From the NCBI GenBank assembly GCA_036172245.1, contig JAYWIR010000006.1, positions 3,844,001 through 3,908,000 of the forward strand: DNA of 64,000 bases, given 5' to 3'. The position numbers and the translations under genes are program-made. A model generated the notes under the pieces. It did no database searches and was not told the origin of the DNA. It saw only the letters and a program-made list of their open reading frames with translations. Positions 59,501-64,000 of this stretch are shown here, one piece after another. Each line of letters starts with the position of its first letter. The first letter of the stretch is position 1. The DNA is from Raillietiella orientalis (lineage: Eukaryota).

Positions 59501-62179
59501 CCGAGCGTGGGCGACGCTGAGCGCCGCACCCGGCTCGCTTCAGTGTCACCCACGTTCCGCCGAGTGCTTCACAGTGGTCCGTGAGGATCGGCAGCGCCCA
59601 CCTACTTTTCAGCGCGATCAGCTGCTTCAGCCTCTTCTCCGTCTCCCGAAGCATCAGCATCAGCAGCAGCAGCAGGCGATCGAGGGTGCTGGGAGAAGGG
59701 CAGCCGCCCTGTAGGAGGGCCATCGCCGTCTGCGCGTAGAGCTGTAGCAGCCGCAACAGGCAGGGCAGCTGGGCGACCGACTCCTGGAGGTGGTCGGCGG
59801 GGGCAGAGGTTGCGGCGTCGCCCATCGTGGTTGTCTCGTCCTGCCCACCCGTCACCCCCGCGTGGTGCGGAAACACCTGCAAGAGAGGAGGCGACTCTCC
59901 ACCTCATGAGCACGTCTTTCCTCCAGCCCTCCCCCATGCGCCACTTGGCCGCTCCCCGCGCTTGAAGGCTTTCGCCAGGGGAGGCGACGAAGAGCGTAGA
60001 GAAGCCGGGACGGATCGGTGCCGGGTGAGGGGGGCTCACTCACCAGACACACTGCCACCAGCAGCGAGGGAACGAGGAATCTGCTCCAGGGGACGGTCAT
60101 CTCTCTCATCGCTCGCAGCGACCTGCCGGCGATCCACAGGCGAGAGCGCGCGGAGGCGAAGTGACCGAGAGGATCCGCGCGCCGGTCCGATGGCGTGTCG
60201 CCCCCGCAGTCCCGAGGCTCTCCCGGAACGCGCGGAACGTGCGCGGCGAATGACCTCTGCCCTCCCGAGAGCGGTCAAAGTCCCTGAGTGAGCAAGCGCC
60301 TGCCCAGCAGTGCCTCAGTGGATCCCGAGGGGCTGACTGTCCGTGGGCCGCATCGCTCGCCCGGAGGGCGGAGAGAGAAGCTGCTGCGCGCGCGCCAAGG
60401 ACCGACCCCTCGCGGAACGAGGCATCCTCCCCCCTCACCCTCTTGCCGGAGGCGCCCGAAAAAGCGTCGTCTTCGCAGGTCAGTGACCACGTCGGAGGGA
60501 GCCGCGCGCCTGCCTCCCCCCACCTGAGGAAGGGCTGCTGTGCAACGCCAGGAGTACCCTACGGGACGCCACCTCCGATGCAGGAGAGGATCGCTGTGGC
60601 AACGGCAGCGGGGGAGGGGGAAGGACCCGCAAGCGTCCCCGCGGGACGCTGACTTCATGGGGAAGACCAGGAGGCTTGTGTTTCCCCTGCGCGGGCGTCT
60701 CGCCTGCCCTCGGAGTGGGCCCACCGCTGCTGCGGCAGCCGCCGCCGCAGCAGCCGCTTTGCTCGGAGAGCAAACTTTCATCCCCCTCGCGCGCGCCCGG
60801 TCCTTGTTTGATCAGCGGGAAGGGAGGGGGGGAGATGCAGCAGCCGCACTCAAGAGCCGCGCGCCGAGGGAGGTACAGGAGAGCGCGCTCCTCCCTCCTC
60901 CTCCCGAAGTCGCATCTTCTGACGATGACAGGAGAGCATCCGGCGGAATTTTGCTTCTCCCCTCATCCGGCCTCGTAGTCGGCGTCCTGACCGGTGGCCG
61001 GGAATCGCTGGCAGCTGCGCACGCACAGGCGCCTCCCGGCCGGCCAGCCCGCTCGGGCGAGAGGCGCCGCGCTTCTTCGGGAAGAGGAGGAGGGCGACGG
61101 AGCAACGACTTTCCCTCTCCTTCCCTTCCGCTTTTTCGGATGCTGAGTCCATCGGACAGCGGACAGCACAGCAGCAAGCGCTCGAGCGAATTCGACGTTC
61201 CCCGTCTCCTCTTCGAGGCTTGCAGTCGCTGCCGCTTCCTGGGTCCCTCAGGTGGGCTCGGGGTCCACTCTAGTGAGCTCACGCTCGGAGCCCCGCCCCT
61301 TTGCCTTGCTCCCTCCAAGAACAGCGGGGGAACGAGCTCTTCTTTGGTAGACATTCCGAGCGTCAGGACGAGTAGCCGCTCCATTCCGGATGGCGGTAAA
61401 TCCCTCTTCCCCCCTCCTCCACTTGTCGTAGGTCCCTCTTCCCCCCTCCACTTGTGCACGGGCAATATCGTAGCCGAGGAGGGAGACCGAGGCGCGATTA
61501 TTGCTAGTTGAAAACTTGTCGTAGGATGGGGGAATACCGGCAGGAGACCTATTACCTGTTGCCGTGGAAACGTCTTGCGCTGCAACCGAGGGCCTCGTGG
61601 TATGAAACCAGGCTCGCTCCGTATCACCGGGACGAGCCTGGCAAAAGAGGAGTGACGAAAACAGGGACACAAGGTCGGGATGCAGGTGATTAACCCTTTC
61701 GTGGAAGCCACTCCAAAGTCCACAACGTACAAACGTTGAAGTGAACGGAATCCTCAGTACGCATTTGGCATTGTATTAGTATTTCTAAATCGGTACACGC
61801 ATCCATTACGGGCAGCAACATGCCTCGAAAGCACACGTAATACGAAAAAATCCAATTCAATCGCATTCCACGTGCACGTAATCGTGTGCTGCCTGTTTAC
61901 ATATATATATACATACACATGTACATAAATACAGGCATGTATGCAGGTAGGCGATGGAATTCACGTTTGCGAACCACTTCGGCTTTCGCAGGTGAACCAT
62001 CCGAGAGAATATCACCTTTCAAGTACCTCCCTGTTTGCGAGCTGAAATCACGTGTACAGTACATCGGCTTGGAAGGGTTCGTACATGACAGATAGAAAGA
62101 ATTGTTCCATTTGAGTTGCGGTTCCGACTTGTTCAACACTTGCAGACTTTGCAGGGGAAGATGCTCAGGCAAGAAAGAC

Positions 62180-62410
62180 GTTGCTGCCATCTTGGAGAAC
62201 ACTCTAGAAGGGAGGCTCAGAAGATAATTATGACGAAACGAGCTGGAAAGCTTGCGTTATTATGGGTTAACGAGAATGGATGACGTCAGAGGCCGAAGTC
62301 AGCACTTCGTAAATGACCGCGTTGTCTTTGGTACTTCCGCAGTGCTTCAACTTCCGGTGGGAACGAAAAGGTTGCCGGCCGCCGGTCTAATTGCTTCCGG
62401 AATTCGCTTT
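62180..62410. promoter_or_regulatory. Putative housekeeping-type promoter (clustered ETS CCGGAAG sites, TGACGTCA palindrome, YY1-like CAAGATGGC)
   Basis: TGACGTCA at 62281-62288, (A/G)CTTCCG three times at 62333-62400 and GCCATCTTG at 62186-62194. No associated gene identified. Confidence 0.3.
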
Positions 62411-64000
62411 TGATCGTTTGCTGTTCGAAAACGAGCAAAAGTAACTCGGATTTTTTTTTTTTATGGTTGCGAAAGAAAGAAACATCGAAGACTTCGGACG
62501 CATTCCTTCCTTTCCAGGAGGCACGCCGACGGAACACCGCCCACACCAGGTGGAAACGAAAAACGGGAAGCGCGATCCCAGGTGGTTCCCGGAAGCATCG
62601 AAGGATGGGGTTTTTATCGATCCGGGAAGACGCCGCCCTCAGGCGCACTCCGACGTGGAACGATGTGCGCACCTTTGGCTGCGCGTGCAGACGGAGACGT
62701 CGTGCGAGGAGGTCGCGCTCGCTCTCTCCTCCTTTCCCATCCTTTTCGGGATGAAATCTGGCAGCCCTTTTCTACCGCCGAGCAATAGCAGCAGCCGCTT
62801 CTTCCCGAGTCAACAGAACCAAAGTCGCCTTTCTCGAGAGTTGCAGAAGGGAGGGGATGCTTTCGGGAAATGAAGGCCGGGAACACGTTCCTTAAATCTC
62901 CCTGATTCGTCTCTCCTTCAGTTTTGTGCAGAATCGTGGCAAATTAATTCTGATTCGGATAAGCAACACGTGGATAGAAAATGAAAAAAAAAAAAAAAAA
63001 AGGAGGAGGAGAAGAAACCTTCCATGAGCTTCTTTGCAAACTCAAGAGTAATTAAATCCGGAGGGACGGTGCAGTTATCTTCCATGAACATTTTGGAGTA
63101 AGTGCTTCTTTATCTTTTGAATGCAAGGGTCGCTCAGAGTGATATGAAATGCCACACAAAAGAAAGAAGAATGTCCTCCTTAATCTCCAGTATAAAGGAG
63201 GATGCTCGGGAGTCAGGGAAGAGAAGAAGGCGGCCGCGTGATTCGGGTCCGGTTTTCATTTCGTTAGTGAACAGGCGCAGGGCCCAATTCCAGCACGTTG
63301 CCCACAAACACGGAGGGAAGAGTACGGCCGTCCGAACGAGCCCCATCCCGCTTTGATCGACGGCGCGAAAGCGACGGAGAGAGAGAGAGAGGATGATAAT
63401 CAAGGAAGATGCATAATCAGAGAGGAACGGGGCAAGGAGCGGTCTTGGCAACTCCCCGAGCGCAACGGCAAGCCGCGTTGCATAAGCTGCGGAGGAGGAG
63501 CACCTAATTTCACGCTTAAATCGCCAGTTCCGTCTCCTAAATCACACTCCGCACCACGCACGCACGCACTCACACGCCTCGGAAGGCGGGAAGAAGGAAC
63601 AAGAGCAGGCCGACACTGCAGCGGCGGAAGGAGGCGAGGACCCGCGGGCCGAAAAGCGCCCCGGTGGGGTTTGCGCCGGACGCTCTGTGCCCCACGCGGG
63701 GTCGAGAGAACCGAGGTCCTCCAGCGTCTCTTTCCACGTCGTTCACCTACTAGCCGGACTCGGTTTCCGACAGAAAGTTTCGCTCCTCACGGAAACGCAT
63801 TCAGCTTCCCACAATCGGAAAAGAACGTACCCTAAAATGTTTTCCCAGTGCGGAACACATGAACCCACCCTGAGAGGGGGGGACTTTGTGGGCCCTTCTC
63901 CTACCAACGCCGGGTTTATCGACCGGATCCACCTCCTCTCGCAGTCAGCCTCCTCGCTGCTTTGTCGATCCCATCCACCTCTCTCTCCTAGGACAAATTT

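Noticed and set aside
62463..62873. RASSF-like RA-domain motif (TSCEEVALAL)
   Set aside because: Too short, and the surrounding residues and splice signals do not support a gene.

Overview
Eukaryotic (animal-like, plausibly arthropod) nuclear DNA, not prokaryotic. Four well-supported protein genes: an intronless plant/DWF5-type sterol delta-7 reductase (DHCR7-like, minus, 20844-22061), arfaptin (plus, 35774-38082), a meiotic HORMAD/Hop1 homologue that retains a PHD plus winged-helix region (plus, about 49466-50926) and CUEDC2 (minus, 51069-52025). A fifth, weaker call is a transmembrane plus coiled-coil gene resembling TANGO1/cTAGE5 (740-2376). Most introns that can be placed are only 46-52 nt. 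Most of the rest is decayed L1/Tx1-clade LINE sequence. One family is stacked in both orientations across about 2.5-20.3 kb; its copies end not in poly(A) but in a conserved AATAAA + GC stem-loop + GGAAAACC module. Other notable structures: a two-copy dispersed element made of repeated hairpins, a 1.6-kb AT-rich foldback, a near-identical inverted pair suggesting recent conversion or duplication, a pogo/Tigger-like MITE and sharp GC/AT domain switches. All homology calls come from remembered motifs, not database searches.
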